Assembly (NCBI GenBank): GCA_004431415.1 | Contig: QPMI01000326.1 | Span: forward strand, 1-50,334 | Length of the DNA stretch: 50,334 nt | Reading direction: 5' to 3' | Origin: Cyanophora paradoxa CCMP329 | Taxonomy: Eukaryota > Plantae > Glaucophyta | Shown: positions 1 to 11,200 of the stretch, in pieces | Layout: each line of letters begins with the position of its first letter | Position numbering within the stretch: position 1 is the stretch's first letter | Notes under the pieces: model-generated | What the model was told of the DNA's origin: nothing | What the model saw: the letters and a program-made list of their open reading frames with translations, nothing else | The model's database searches: none | Made by a program: the position numbers and the translations under genes

Positions 1-60
1 GACGGCTGGCTGCGACCGACTCTTCTGACTCTACAACTCGAGCGGCGGCGCTGCCGCCCC

Positions 61-2236
61 ATGCTGCGGCTACAGCGCTGGGGAGAAATGCCGCGCAACG
101 TCGCGCGGGACCTTGTCTCGCGCGAGACGCGGGGCAGGGGAACGACGGGGATCACTATCAGCGCGTTAGCAAGACTCGAGCCAGCGGGGGCGCTCTGCGG
201 CCACGCTGGCTCCGTGGGCGCGCTCAACTTCAGCCCGACGGGCGCGCTCCTCGCGTCGGGTTCCGACGACCTGCGGTGCGTGCTCGCGCCTCGAGCCGAA
301 AGCGGGCGCGGCGGGCGTGCGCTGACGTCGACCGGGATCGGCAGGATCAAGATCTGGGACGTGGAGGGGAGGCGGCTGGTGCACTCGCTGGACACGCGCC
401 ACACGGCGGACATCGCGTCGGTGGAGTTCCTGTCGGACGAGCAGCTCGTGTCGGGGGGGGCGGACTGGAAGGTGCACGCTTACGACGTGCAGCGGCACGT
501 CCTCCGCCGCTGGCAGTGCTGCCGCGGCCGCGTGCGCGTCGTCTCCGCGCGGCCCGAGGAGCCGTCCCTCGTCCTCTGCGGCGGCGAGGAGGGCGCAATC
601 CGCCAGTTCGACGTCCGCCCCGCCCGCCCCGCCCCGCCCCGCCGGGGGCGTTCCGCTGAGGGGCGAGCCAGCTGCGGGAGCGGCACAGCTGCGAGGGGGA
701 GGGCGCGAGCTGCGGAAACGTCCTCGTCGACCTCCGCAACCGCAGCCGCCACACCCTCGGCGCCCGGTGCGTCCCGCCGCGCCCCGCGCCCCGCGATCCG
801 ATCGTGAGGGGCGGGGGCAGCAACAAGCTGGCGGTCTTCTCGATCGCGCGGCACCCGCTGGACCCGCACCGCTTCGCCGTGGGCGCGGGGGACGCCGTCG
901 TGCGCGTCTTCGACGCCCGCGCCCTCCGCCTCGCCCCCGAGCACGCGCGCCCCGCCCACCCGCCCCGCCCGCCCCCGCACCGCCCCTCGCCTCACCCGCC
1001 CGCAGGAGCGGCCCGACGAGCCCGTCGCCCACTATGTCCCGCGAAGCTCCGCGGCCTCGCCCTCCCCTCGTGCCCCCGGCCCCGCCCCCGCCCCGCCCCC
1101 CTCCTCCTCGCCGCCTCACCGGCGGCGGCGCGCGGGCAGGGGCCAGCTGAGCGTCTCCGGGGTGGGGTACAGCTGGAGCGGGCGCACCTGCTCGCCTCGT
1201 ACCGCGGGGAGCACGCGTACTGCTTCGACGCCGCCCGCCACCGCTGGCCGAGGACCCCGAGCCGCCCCCGCCGGCCCCGCCCCGCCCCGCCCCGGCGGCT
1301 CCCCGCCCGAGGAAGACGGACCGGAGGCCGGGCCCTCCGCTGCGCCCGGAGGCGAGGCGGCCGCCGAAGCGAGCGAGGCGGCAGCCGGCGAGGCGCCCCC
1401 GGAGGCGGCGGCGGCGGCGGCGGCGGAGGGCGGCGGCGCGGCGAGGGGCGAGGATGCTGACCAGGAGCCAGAGCCGCCGCCGCCCCACGGCTGGTCCGCA
1501 CCGCCGCACCGCGCGCCCCTCCGCCCTCGCCGAGCCCGGGGGAGCAGGGGTGGGCGGAGGGGGCCGGGGAGGAGGGGGCGGAGGTGGAGTACGCGGGGCA
1601 GCGGAACCGGCTGACGGCGGGGCGGGACGTGGCCTTCGTCGGGCCCCGCTCCGAGGCCGTCGCCTCCGGCTGCGACTCCGGCCCGCCCGCCCCGCCGCTG
1701 CCGTCTCGGGGGGCGCCGCTGACGCCGGGCGGGCAGGGCGGATCTTCGTGTGGGAGCGGCGGGGCGGGCGGGTGGCGGCGCTGCTGCGCGGGGACGAGGA
1801 GTGCGTCTTCCGCTTGCGGCCGCACCCGCGGGAGCTGCTGCTCGCCTCGGGCGGCATGGAGCACGCCGTCCGCCTATGGGCCCCCGGGCCGGGCGCCGGC
1901 GAGCCCGAGGGCCCGGCCTGGGGCCCCGACCCGCAGCTCCTCGCGGACCTCGCCTGCGCCAACCAGCGCGAGGTGCCCGCCCCGCCCCGCCCCGCCCTGC
2001 CCCGCCCCGCCCTGCCGCACCGCCGGCCCCCGCTGAACGCCGGGGGCCCGGCCCAGCGCGAGAGCTTCGGCCTGCCCTCGTCCTCCCGCCTCCTGGGGCC
2101 CTCCCGGGCCCCGCCCCGCCCGCCCCGCCGCCCCCGCCGACGAGGAGGAGCCGTGGCCGCCGGGAGCGACCGAGTGACGCGTGCGGGGCGCCACGCGCCG
2201 GGCCCTCGCGCCCGCCTCCGCGAGCCCTCCGCTTGA
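61..2236 (+). CDS. WD40-repeat protein, WDTC1/DCAF8 (DDB1-CUL4 substrate receptor)-like; multi-exon
   Basis: Spliced translation gives GHAGSVGALNFSPTGALLASGSDDLRIKIWD (intron 276-344), HTADIASVEF, GAIRQFD|LRERHSC (intron 613-671), HLLASYRGEHAYCFD, YAGQRNRLT..DVAFVG..VASGCDSG|RIFVWER..LLRGDEECVFRLRPHP..LLASGGMEHAVRLWAP and a late ANQ motif. The 3' end is uncertain (2177 or 2236). Confidence 0.75.
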
Positions 2237-2893
2237 AGGGGCCGGGGCGCGCCACGTTACATTGCACGGGCGGATAGCCAGTCGCCTTACTAGCGCCAGC
2301 GTGTCTCCTGTAGCGCTTGCTAGCCGGTGTGGCAGGCAGTCAGCAGCAGAAACGCGGGGCGCTAGCCTAGTCAGCAGTCAGCGTGCCGCATTGCGCCGTG
2401 CGCGCGCGGCGGAGCGACGCGCCTCCTGCTTGCGTGATTCGACGCTGCCGGTTGAACGCTTTTTTTTCTGGAGGCACGGTCCGCCGAACGCTCCGCAATC
2501 ACCGCGATAACGGCCGCGTCACGGGGCCGCAGCACGAAAACCCCGTGACCAGCAGCGCGGGAGCGCACTGAGGCAGCAGTGCGGCGAGCGGCGGCGCTCA
2601 AGGCTCGCTCTCTTCGCGTCGCCACCTGCGAGCGCATAGCTAGCCGCAGCTAGGCCGACAGCTGCAGCGTGCGCGCCGGCGCCCTCTCCTAGGCCGGCCG
2701 AACATTCCAGGCTTCGGCGCGGCCAGGGTGAGGTTTGCGTACGTGCTTTGCGTCATTCCGTAGCGCTTCCTGCTCTCCAGAGGCTGAACGACGCTCGGCG
2801 CGCTCTCAAACAGGTTTTTTGGCGGCATCTCGGAAGTTCCGCGACATTCCGTACGCGTACACGCGTCAACCCAAGCGCCCAGCCTCTGCCGAC

Positions 2894-4882
2894 ATGGCCC
2901 TCAGCTCGTCCGCGCCCAAGAAGCAGCACTCTCACGTCGCGGCAGCGGCCGCGCCTCCCGCGCCGCGGCTCGACGCTAGCGCTGCCGAATTCCGGCGGCG
3001 ACTGGCGCCGCCGGCAGCGTATGCGATTGGGCTCACCTATCCGGCGCCGTCTTTCCTCGGCTCCCGGTCCCGTCTCGACGGCGGCGCACGTTTCATCTGC
3101 GGCGCTTCACCGGGGCCTGCATTTGCGAACGTTAACGTTAACGGCACCCGTCGGCGGCGGCGCCAAGCGACGGCCACGCGCACGCATACGTACGCGCGCC
3201 GCCCTCTCCCTCGCTTTCTCTCGCGGTCGCGCTCACGCGCTGCGGCGCGCGGGGGCCGGGGCAGGTCGGATCCGGAGGGCGTGGAGGCGAGCGGGGGCGC
3301 GGGGGCGGAGGGGACGCGGCTGCGGCTGCTGACGAGCGGGGGGGAGGCTCTGGAGCGGATGGAGGCGCTGATGGCGGGGGCGCGGCGCAGCGTGGAGCTG
3401 CGGACCTTCATCTGGCGCGCCGACCCCGCCGGCCTCCGCCTCGCCCGCGCCGCCCTCGCCGCCGCCGCCGCGGCTGCCGCGTCGAGCTCCGCAAGGACGC
3501 CGTGGGGCCATGTTCGAGCTCGCCGAGGAGGACGGCGAGCCCCTCTTCCCGCCCCGCGGCCCCGCCCCGCGCCCAGGCCGCCCTCCAGCGCGCCTTCTAC
3601 CGCTTCCCCGCCGCCCCCCTGCCCCGCCGCCCTCGCCGAGGCCGCCGCGCTGCGGGCCGCGCTGCTCGCCCACCCCAACGTCGCCTGCCACGCCGGTCCC
3701 GCCCGCGACCACACCAAGGCGAGCCCAGGGCCCCGCTCCCGCCCCGCGGTGCTTGCGAGGCGCTTGCTGAGGCGGGCCGGGGGCAGCTGCTGGTGGTGGA
3801 CGAGGCGGGTGCGCTGCTCGGGGCATGAACGCGGAGGGGAAGGCCCTCGGGCACGGGCGCGACGCGGCGGGGCGGCCCTGGCGCGACTACGCCCTCGAGC
3901 TCGCCGGGCCGGCGGCCGTGGCGCGGCTGCGGGGCGGCTGGCGGGCGACGCCGGGTTCGAGGCGGGGCGGGGCCCGGTGGAGTTCCTCGTCAACCCGCCC
4001 GACGCGATGCGCGCGGGGCCGCCATCGCCCCCGAGCTCGCCGCCGCCCTCGCCACCGCCCGCAGCGAGCTCTGGATCGAGGCACGCCCCTACCCCCGCCC
4101 CCCTACCCCTTTTTCGACTGACTCCCCCTCCCCCCCCCCCCCCCCCCCCCCCCGGCCCCAGATGGCGTACCTGGGCTTCAACGCGGTGACGGAGGCGGTG
4201 GCTGCGGCGTGCCGGGAGCGGGGCGTGCGCGTGCGGCTGCTGCTGCCGGCGCGCGCCAACGTGCAGCACGCCACGAACCTCGCCGTCGCCCGCTGGCTCG
4301 CCAGGGAGGCCGCCCCCGGCCCCGGCTCCATCGAGGTCCGCCCACGTGTACCCTTCCCCCCTCCAAACACGAGTTTTGCATGCGTGACTGGGGCGGGCAG
4401 GTGCGGCTGCACCCGCACATGCTGCACTCGAAGGCGGCGCTGGTGGACGGGGCGCGGGCGCTCGTCGGCTCGTGCAACTGGAACGCGACCTCGCTGGGGG
4501 TCTTCGGCGAGCTCTCCGCCTGGTGCTCCGAGCCGGCCCTCGCCGCCGCCCTCCGCGCCGAGATGCACGCCCGCTGGCGAGAGGCCCGCCCCCGCCACCC
4601 CGCGCCCCCTCCGTCCCTCTAGATCTGCTTGCAATTGCCGCCTCATGCCCGCCGCAGGCGGAGCCAGTGGAGCGCCCCGCGGAGAGCGCGCGGCTGCGGG
4701 CCCCCCCGGGGCGGCTCGCGGCGGAGAGCGCCGCCATCGCCGCCTGGGCCGCCGCCCGCCGCCTCGCCCTCGCCGCCTCCCGCGCCCTTCCGCCCCGCGC
4801 CCCGCCCCCGGCCCGGGAGGGAGGCCTAGGGGGCCCTCGCGTGGCTCCCTCCGCCAGCCCCCGCCCCGCCCCTTCCGCCTGA
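2894..4882 (+). CDS. Phospholipase D-superfamily enzyme, bacterial cardiolipin-synthase-like (two HKD motifs)
   Basis: LRLLTSGGEALERMEALMAGARRSVELRTFIWRADPAG. HKD1 is HTK|LLVVD across a GC-AG intron starting at 3719, followed by WRDY. GVRVRLLLPARAN precedes HKD2, HSKAALVD...VGSCNW. The start at ATG 2894 is tentative and there are some homopolymer frameshifts. Confidence 0.75.
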
Positions 4883-5003
4883 TTCCGGCCACGCCTCGGC
4901 CCGCGTAGAGGCAGCTGCGCGTGCAGCCCGGCAGCCGAGGCTAGGTTTCCGAGCTCGCATTTCCTGACTCGTGTGTACTTGTGTACTTGTCTATGTGCTT
5001 TTC

Positions 5004-5033
5004 GATTTTGTACTTTTGCAGTGGTACAAAATC
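5004..5033. repeat. Perfect 10-bp inverted repeat (hairpin) GATTTTGTAC-N10-GTACAAAATC
   Basis: Read directly from the sequence. Confidence 0.9.
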
Positions 5034-5784
5034 AGTACCCCCCTGTATACCCCTGTATCCCCCCGCCCCCTGTTTTTTTTCACAAAGCCCATATCAAGGG
5101 CGGTGGCGATTGTATTTGTTCAGTAACATCATCGTACGCACTACCGGTTCGGAATAGGCCGAACTCTGGGTCAGAGCATAACCTGAGGCCGGAACACAGG
5201 GATAGGCGCCTCGACGCTACAGCTGAGCGTTTCTCTTGTGGGGGAGGCGTGGGAGGGGTCGTAGGTGTGAGTGTAGACGTACAGTTGGGAGTCGTGGCGC
5301 CATGGGGCCAAGCTTATCAGTCAGGGAGAGCGGGGCGGGAGGGAGGGGGGAGGGAGCGGCGCGGGCTAGGGTAGCGGGCGCGCCCCCGATTTTTATTGCG
5401 TGTGGGGCGCGGGGTGGGTGTGGGCCGGGTAGGGGCTTTATCGGGTATGCCGCGGCCGCGGGGACGGGCGTGGCGGGCGGGTGGGCACCCTAGGAGGGTC
5501 AGGGGACAGAGGGCGTGGCGGGGCGCAGGCCGTGGAGCTAGTCTGTCGCAAGCGTCCGGGCCGGAGAGATGCTTAGGGAGGTGGGCGAACCCGTAGGCGG
5601 GCAAGGCTTAATGCGAGGCGGGTAGGGGGTGTCATTGCTTCATGGAGCTATCTAACTCAGAGAGGAGGGCGGCGGGCTTGTCACAAGGCCCCTTTCTTCG
5701 GCAGTCATGCTACCGCAAATTGTAGAGAGAGGAAAGAGAAAGAAATCGGGGCCGAAAGGGTAAAAGTGCCGAGAGAGGAAATTT

Positions 5785-6480
5785 CTACGCTGCCGCGTTG
5801 TCGGCGGCGGCCGCCGGCGGCCGGCCAGGAGGGCCTCGATGGCGGCGGGGCCCCGAGGGCCCAGGTGAGCTCGGCGAGCACGCGCTGGGCCGCCTGGTAG
5901 TTGGTAAGCGAGATGGTGGCCGGCCAGGGCCGGGGCGGGGCCGGGCCCGGGGCGGGCGCGGGGGCGGCGGCCGGTGCCGGGCGGCGGCGGCGGCGACGGC
6001 GGCGGCAGCGGCGGCGGCGGCAGCAGCGGCAGCGGTGGCGGCGTTGGCGGCAGCAGCGGGGGCGGCCGCGGCGGCCGCGGCGGCGGGGCGGGGGCGGCGG
6101 CACCGCCCTCGCGCTTCTTGACGGCGTCGGGCCGAAGCGCTCGATCGCGCGCTTGTGGGACTGGGCGGCGATGTCCGCCGCGAGCTGGCGGCCTCCTCGG
6201 GGGTCTTGTCCTCGTTAAGGGCGCTGAGGCGGTTGAGCCGGCGCGCCCCCGTCGAGTGGCCGGGGCGGTAGGACGCGCGGCCACCCGTCGGGTGGTTGAT
6301 GCGGTGCTCCCGGGATCGAGATCTTCTTGCTGTTCTTGGTGGCCTCGAGGGCCACCGAGTCGGGGCCGCCCCTATAGCTATATATATGCAAATGATCATG
6401 AGCTCAAGGGCCTATATAGCTAGCTATGCGCTTGTACGCATGCAGTATATATATACCGTACGCGGACCCTGTCCTGGTTC
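5785..6480 (-). pseudogene. Frameshifted, protein-like remnant of unknown family
   Basis: Protein-like segments in alternating frames: DSVALEATKNSKKISI / EHRINHPTGGRASYRPGHSTGARRLNRLSALNEDKTPEEAA / ADIAAQSHKRAIERFG / WPATISLTNYQAAQRVLAELTWALG. Possible AT-rich intron at about 6373-6461. Confidence 0.3.
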
Positions 6481-8291
6481 TCTTGTTAAACGTTTAGACT
6501 CTGAGAGATTTGCATGCAAGTTCGAGCTCGAGCGAGGGTGCCCAGCTCCCTCGTGCAGTTAAAATCTTTCGAATCGCTCCACTAGGGGCCAAGCTTTTAA
6601 GGGCCTCCTAAAGCAGACGGGGCCGACTTATTCGTGTGTATATCGATATCGCAGGCGCCCCTCAAGCTCGCCGACCGTATAGGAGGCTTGCATCGCGGGG
6701 GTGTGCAGGGGACCGGTCGCCTCGTGGGGGAGGGGCCGGCGGGCATGAGGGCGGGCGGCGCGGGGCCTGGCAGCGACCGCCGGGGACGCACTGCCCGCCG
6801 CTGGGAAGTCTTCGACGGAGCCCGGGATTCCGGGTCCGATAGTGGGCGAGCGCCATCAGGCTCGGACCCCACGAGGGCGGGTCCCGGCGAGGCCGGGCCC
6901 TGAGGCAGGCGAGCGCCGTCTGGCTCAGACCCCGCGGTGGTAGCTGGGCGAGCGTTTGAGTGCTCATGCGCCCGGGTAGACGTAGGGGACGTCGGCTTGC
7001 ATGCCGGCGCCAGCGGCGCCAGGGGAACGATTTGCATAGGCGCCAGCGGCGCCAGCAGAGGCGGCATCACAGCTCGGGGCTCTGTCCACTGCCGCGTCTT
7101 GGGGCGCTTGCTCCGCGTCCCGCCAGAGGCCTGCGAGCGTCGCGCACGCGTCACGGAGAGCCAAGTGAGCGGGGGGACGCGGCCCCGTGGTTCTTGAGTG
7201 TCGTGCTGGCGCGGGCGGCCCCGCGCACGGGCCGCCGGCGCCGGCGTGCTCTGTGGCCGTACGGGGCCGGCGTCAGAGTTCATAGAGGAGGGGCGCGGGC
7301 GGAGGGCGTGAGCGACGGCGCGGGGAGGGTCCCGCATGATCGGCGGCAGCGGAGCCGGGTGCGTTGGCGGAGCCACGCGTCCGACTGCGCGGAGTCGAGT
7401 CGAGTTGTGCGTCGTGCGCTGTGGGCGTGGGCTCAGGCGAGCCGCGCATGCGCGGGTGGCATGCGTTGGCGGGAAGGCGGGCGGAGCGAGGACGGGAGCT
7501 TAAACGGGCGTATGTTGGCTCTAGATGTTGTGGGGCGTCTCTCGGGCGCGCTCGGAGTGGCAGGAGAAGGCGGCGGGGACCGGCCCGTTTAAACACGTTA
7601 CCGCGGGAGCTGGCGCGAGTCGCGGCGCCAACAGGGGCGCAGCTGCTCTTCGAGATGTCTGTGGTGTCGCTGCGGCTGTCGTTGCCCGCCCGGCGGACCT
7701 ACTTTGCGCGTTCGGGCCGTGCTGGTCGTTGGGCGTCGGCGCCGCGAGTTTTGGGACCGGCCACGTGCAGTGCTAGCAGGCACCCTCGTTGGGGAAGCCC
7801 CACTGCGCCGGCTTACTCGCTCGCGGGCCTTCGCGCAATTTTCCGGGGTACCGGAAATCCCCCCCGCCCCCTGTATGTGTATGCTTTTGCTTTCTGATTT
7901 TTGTATTCAGCAGTGGCTTTCGGGTTGGGTTGAGATTTTCGCTTTACTTTCCCTTTAATTTGCTTCAGACCTAGATTTTGCTTTCGTTGCTTTAATTTCT
8001 TGTACATTAGGAAAGATCAGGCCCTGATCATGAGGCTTTCCGAACCAAATTTTGGTCCCCTTTTCTGATCATGATGACCTCGAGCTCAGAGCTCGACGCT
8101 CAGCGTTCAACGGTTTGGCCCCGTTTTCTGACGACCGTCGGACCTTGAACCTTGTGTGAACTTAAGCTTGTGTGAACGTGTGTGACGCGCCGGCCTAGGC
8201 TCGCCACGTGGCCGGCGGCCGCGGGCGGGGAGATAGCAGCCTGGCAGGAATGGACACGGTAAGGGCGGGCCCGGGGGTTCTGGGTCTGGGT

Positions 8292-11200
8292 CTAGAGGGC
8301 GGGGAGGTGGCGGGGGAGGCGGCGGCGGATGAGGGCCTCCTCGGGGGCACCCCGGGGCCCCCACGCGACCTCCACCTCCTCGCCCCCGGGCAGCAGCTCC
8401 ACCCGCACGCTCCCGTACCCCTCCCCCGCCCCCGCCGGCCCCGGCCCCGCCCCCTCCACCCCTGCGCCTCTGCCTCAGCGAGCTCGAAGCCGGGGCCGGG
8501 GCGCTGCGCGAAGGCGGGCGTGGGCGGGCCGACGAGGCGTGCGGAGGAGAAGAGGAGGGCGGCGGGGTTGGGCGTCTCGAGGGTGCCCGTCTTGAGGACG
8601 AAGAGGCCCGAGGCGGGGTCCCGCAGGGAGCCGAGGTAACGGCGGCCCCACTCCGGCCGCCCCGCCGCCCCCTGCACCCGCAGCTCCACCCCCGCCCCGT
8701 CCTCCTCCCCCCAGATCCCTGCCGACCGCAAAGGCCGTGAGCGCGCGCGCCTCGCGGGGCGGGGCGGGGCGGGGCGAGGCGGGGCGGGGGCGGACCGACG
8801 AGGCGCTCCTCCTCGGAGCCGAGGGAGGGCTCGAGCACGCGCGCGGGGTCCACGTGCTCCACCAACCGCCCGAAGAAGGGCCGTACCCCACCCGGGCCCA
8901 CCGCCCGCTCCTGCGCGTGCCCGCCCCGTCGCCCCCGGCCCGGTGCGCGGGGGCGGGGCGGGGCGGGGCGGGGCGGGCGGGGGCGCGCCTCGACCCAGAG
9001 AACCTGCGAGTCGAAGGAGCCGGCCTGCAGCTGCGCCCCCCGCACCCGTCGGCGGCGCTCGGGAGGCGCCGGCGGGGGGGCGGGGTGCACCGTGGTGGTG
9101 GAGGCGAGGAGCGGGGTGAGGGCGCCGCCCGAGACGAGGAGGTGCGCGGCGCCGACGGAGGTGCCCGGCTGCTCGAAGTAGAAACCCTCCCAGCCCCGCT
9201 CCACCCGCCCCGCCCCGAAGAGCGAGGCGCGGCCCATGACGTACAGGCGCAGGGCGGGGGCGGCGGCGGCGGCGGCCTGGGCGAAGCGGGCGAGGGGCCG
9301 GAGCAGCTGCGCCGCCTCGGCCACGCCGCTGCTCTCCACGTTGTCGAGGTCGACGTACAGCGCCTCCAGCCCCGGGGCCGCCGCGAGGGCCTTGGCCACG
9401 GCCTCCATGCCCTTGCCCGTCAGCTTGTTCCCGGAGACGTCGAGGCGCCGCAGCGAGGGGACGCCGGCGAGGAGCTCCCCGAGCGGCTTCGCGGCGTCCG
9501 AGTAGAGGCGGTTGTCGGCGAGGGAGAGGCCGCGCAGCACGGGGCGCGCCCGCGCCGCCTCGACGAGCGGTGCGAGGCGGTCGGCGGTGATCTCCATGCC
9601 GGCGAGGTCGAGGACGACGAGGTTCGGGGCGCGGCGGAGGAGGAGGGCGACGCTGAGGGCCGCCTCGCGGGGCAGCTCCTTGGCGCTCATCGCGGGGTCC
9701 GCCTCCCCGCCCTCCCGCCGCTCGTCCCCCGTCCCGAAGCTCACCTTCCGCAGCCCCGGGGCCCCCGCCAGCGCTGGCCCCGCCTCAGCGGCGCGGGGGG
9801 GAGGGGGCGGGGCGGGGCGCCGCCGCACCGACGCAGACGCCGCGGAGGACTCCCTCGGCGGACTGGGCCGAGGCGGTGCTCGCGCGCACGGGGAAGCGCA
9901 GCGCCCGCAGCGAGGCGAGGCGCGCCACGCCGGCGTTGAGCTCGGGGGCCTTGGCGGTGGGCTTGTGCCAGGGGGCGCTCATGACGAGGTGGTGGCGGGC
10001 GTGGGGCCGGTAGGTGCGCGAGAGGAGGGCCGTGACGGCGAGGGCCTGGTGCAGCCGCCCGTCCCGCTTCGCCCAGTCCTCCTCCCACTTGCGCGGGTTC
10101 TTGGCAACGTTGCCCTCGGGGTCGGGGCGGCTCTGGGGGCACGCGTCCCCCGCCGCCGTGACCGCGCACGCCTCGTGCGGGCACCCCGCCAGGTACCGCC
10201 GCCGCACCGCCGCCTGCACCTGCCTGCGCATGCCCCGCGCGCCTCAGCGGGGAGGTCGAGGCCGAGGGCGGGGGCGGGGCGGGCGGGCGGGGCGCGCCGG
10301 TGGGAGAAGGAAAGGAGGCCAGCGGCGCCGCTCGCGGGGCGCAGCAGGTGCGAGATTCTGTCCCGCCCGGCCCCGCGGGGTCAGCGGTGCAGACGGGGAC
10401 CGCGCGCGCGGGGTGGGGTGGGGCGGGGGGGACCCGTGGGCGAGGAGGGACCAGCGGAGGCGGGGGACGGGGCGGGGCTCGCCGCGGGGGTCGGGCCCAA
10501 GGGCCGGCTCCGCGACGGCGAGGGCGAGGAGGAGGTCGTCCTCGGAGATGCCGGCGGGGGCGGCGGCGACGAGGGCGAGGGCCGGGGCGGCGAGCGGCGA
10601 GTCGCCCTCCAGGCGCTCGAGGACCGAGGCGAGGAGCGCGGGGGCCTCCCCCGGCATCCCCGCGATTTTCCCGTCCACCCCCTCGAAGAGCCTGCCCCGG
10701 CCCCGCCGCGGGTGAGGAGCGGAGACTAGAAGGGGCGCGGGCGGGCGGGCCCGAAGACGAGGAGCTCGTCGACGGCGATGCGGAGGTACAGGGGAACGGT
10801 CGCCTGCGCGGGCCCCCGTGGGCGAACGCCAACGGGCCGAGGAGCCCTCGCCCCGGGGGCCGGGGCACCTCCTTCTTGGCGAGGAGGGCGGCGGCCTGGG
10901 CGTCGGTGAGCTTCTTCCCTCCCTCCGCCAGCGAGCGCTTCACGATCTCCCCCGCCAGAGCCAGGTCCAGCCCCGGCACCTGCGCCCCCGCGTGAGCCGC
11001 GGCCGGCGGGGCGGGGCGGGGCGGGGCGGGGTTTGGGGCGCGCGGGGAGGCGGGGGGCGGAGAAGGCGGCGGCGAGCTCGTCGGCGAGGGCGCCCTCGAT
11101 GCAGGAGAGCACGAGGCGCGCCTCCCCGCGGAAGGCCCCCAGCGCCGAGGCCAGGGCCCGCATGCCCCCGAGCCCCGGCCCCTCCACCTGGTTCACCGCT

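Larger units (their letters stand above)
4950..8190. mobile_element. Atypical ~3.2 kb intergenic island, possible decayed transposon or foreign insertion
   Basis: Related motifs at both ends (4996-5024 vs 7888-7916; 5057-5073 vs 7857-7874), an internal 12-bp direct repeat (5304-5315/6585-6596), AT-rich patches and no host-style intron pattern. No transposase or RT motif recognised. Confidence 0.3.

Noticed and set aside
8020-8080. CTGATCATGA duplicated, with TGATGA/CTGA resembling C/D boxes
   Set aside because: Box order and terminal stem do not fit a C/D snoRNA. More likely part of the island end.
4950-8190. Autonomous transposon (transposase, RT, tyrosine recombinase or Fanzor/TnpB)
   Set aside because: No catalytic motifs recognised in any frame.
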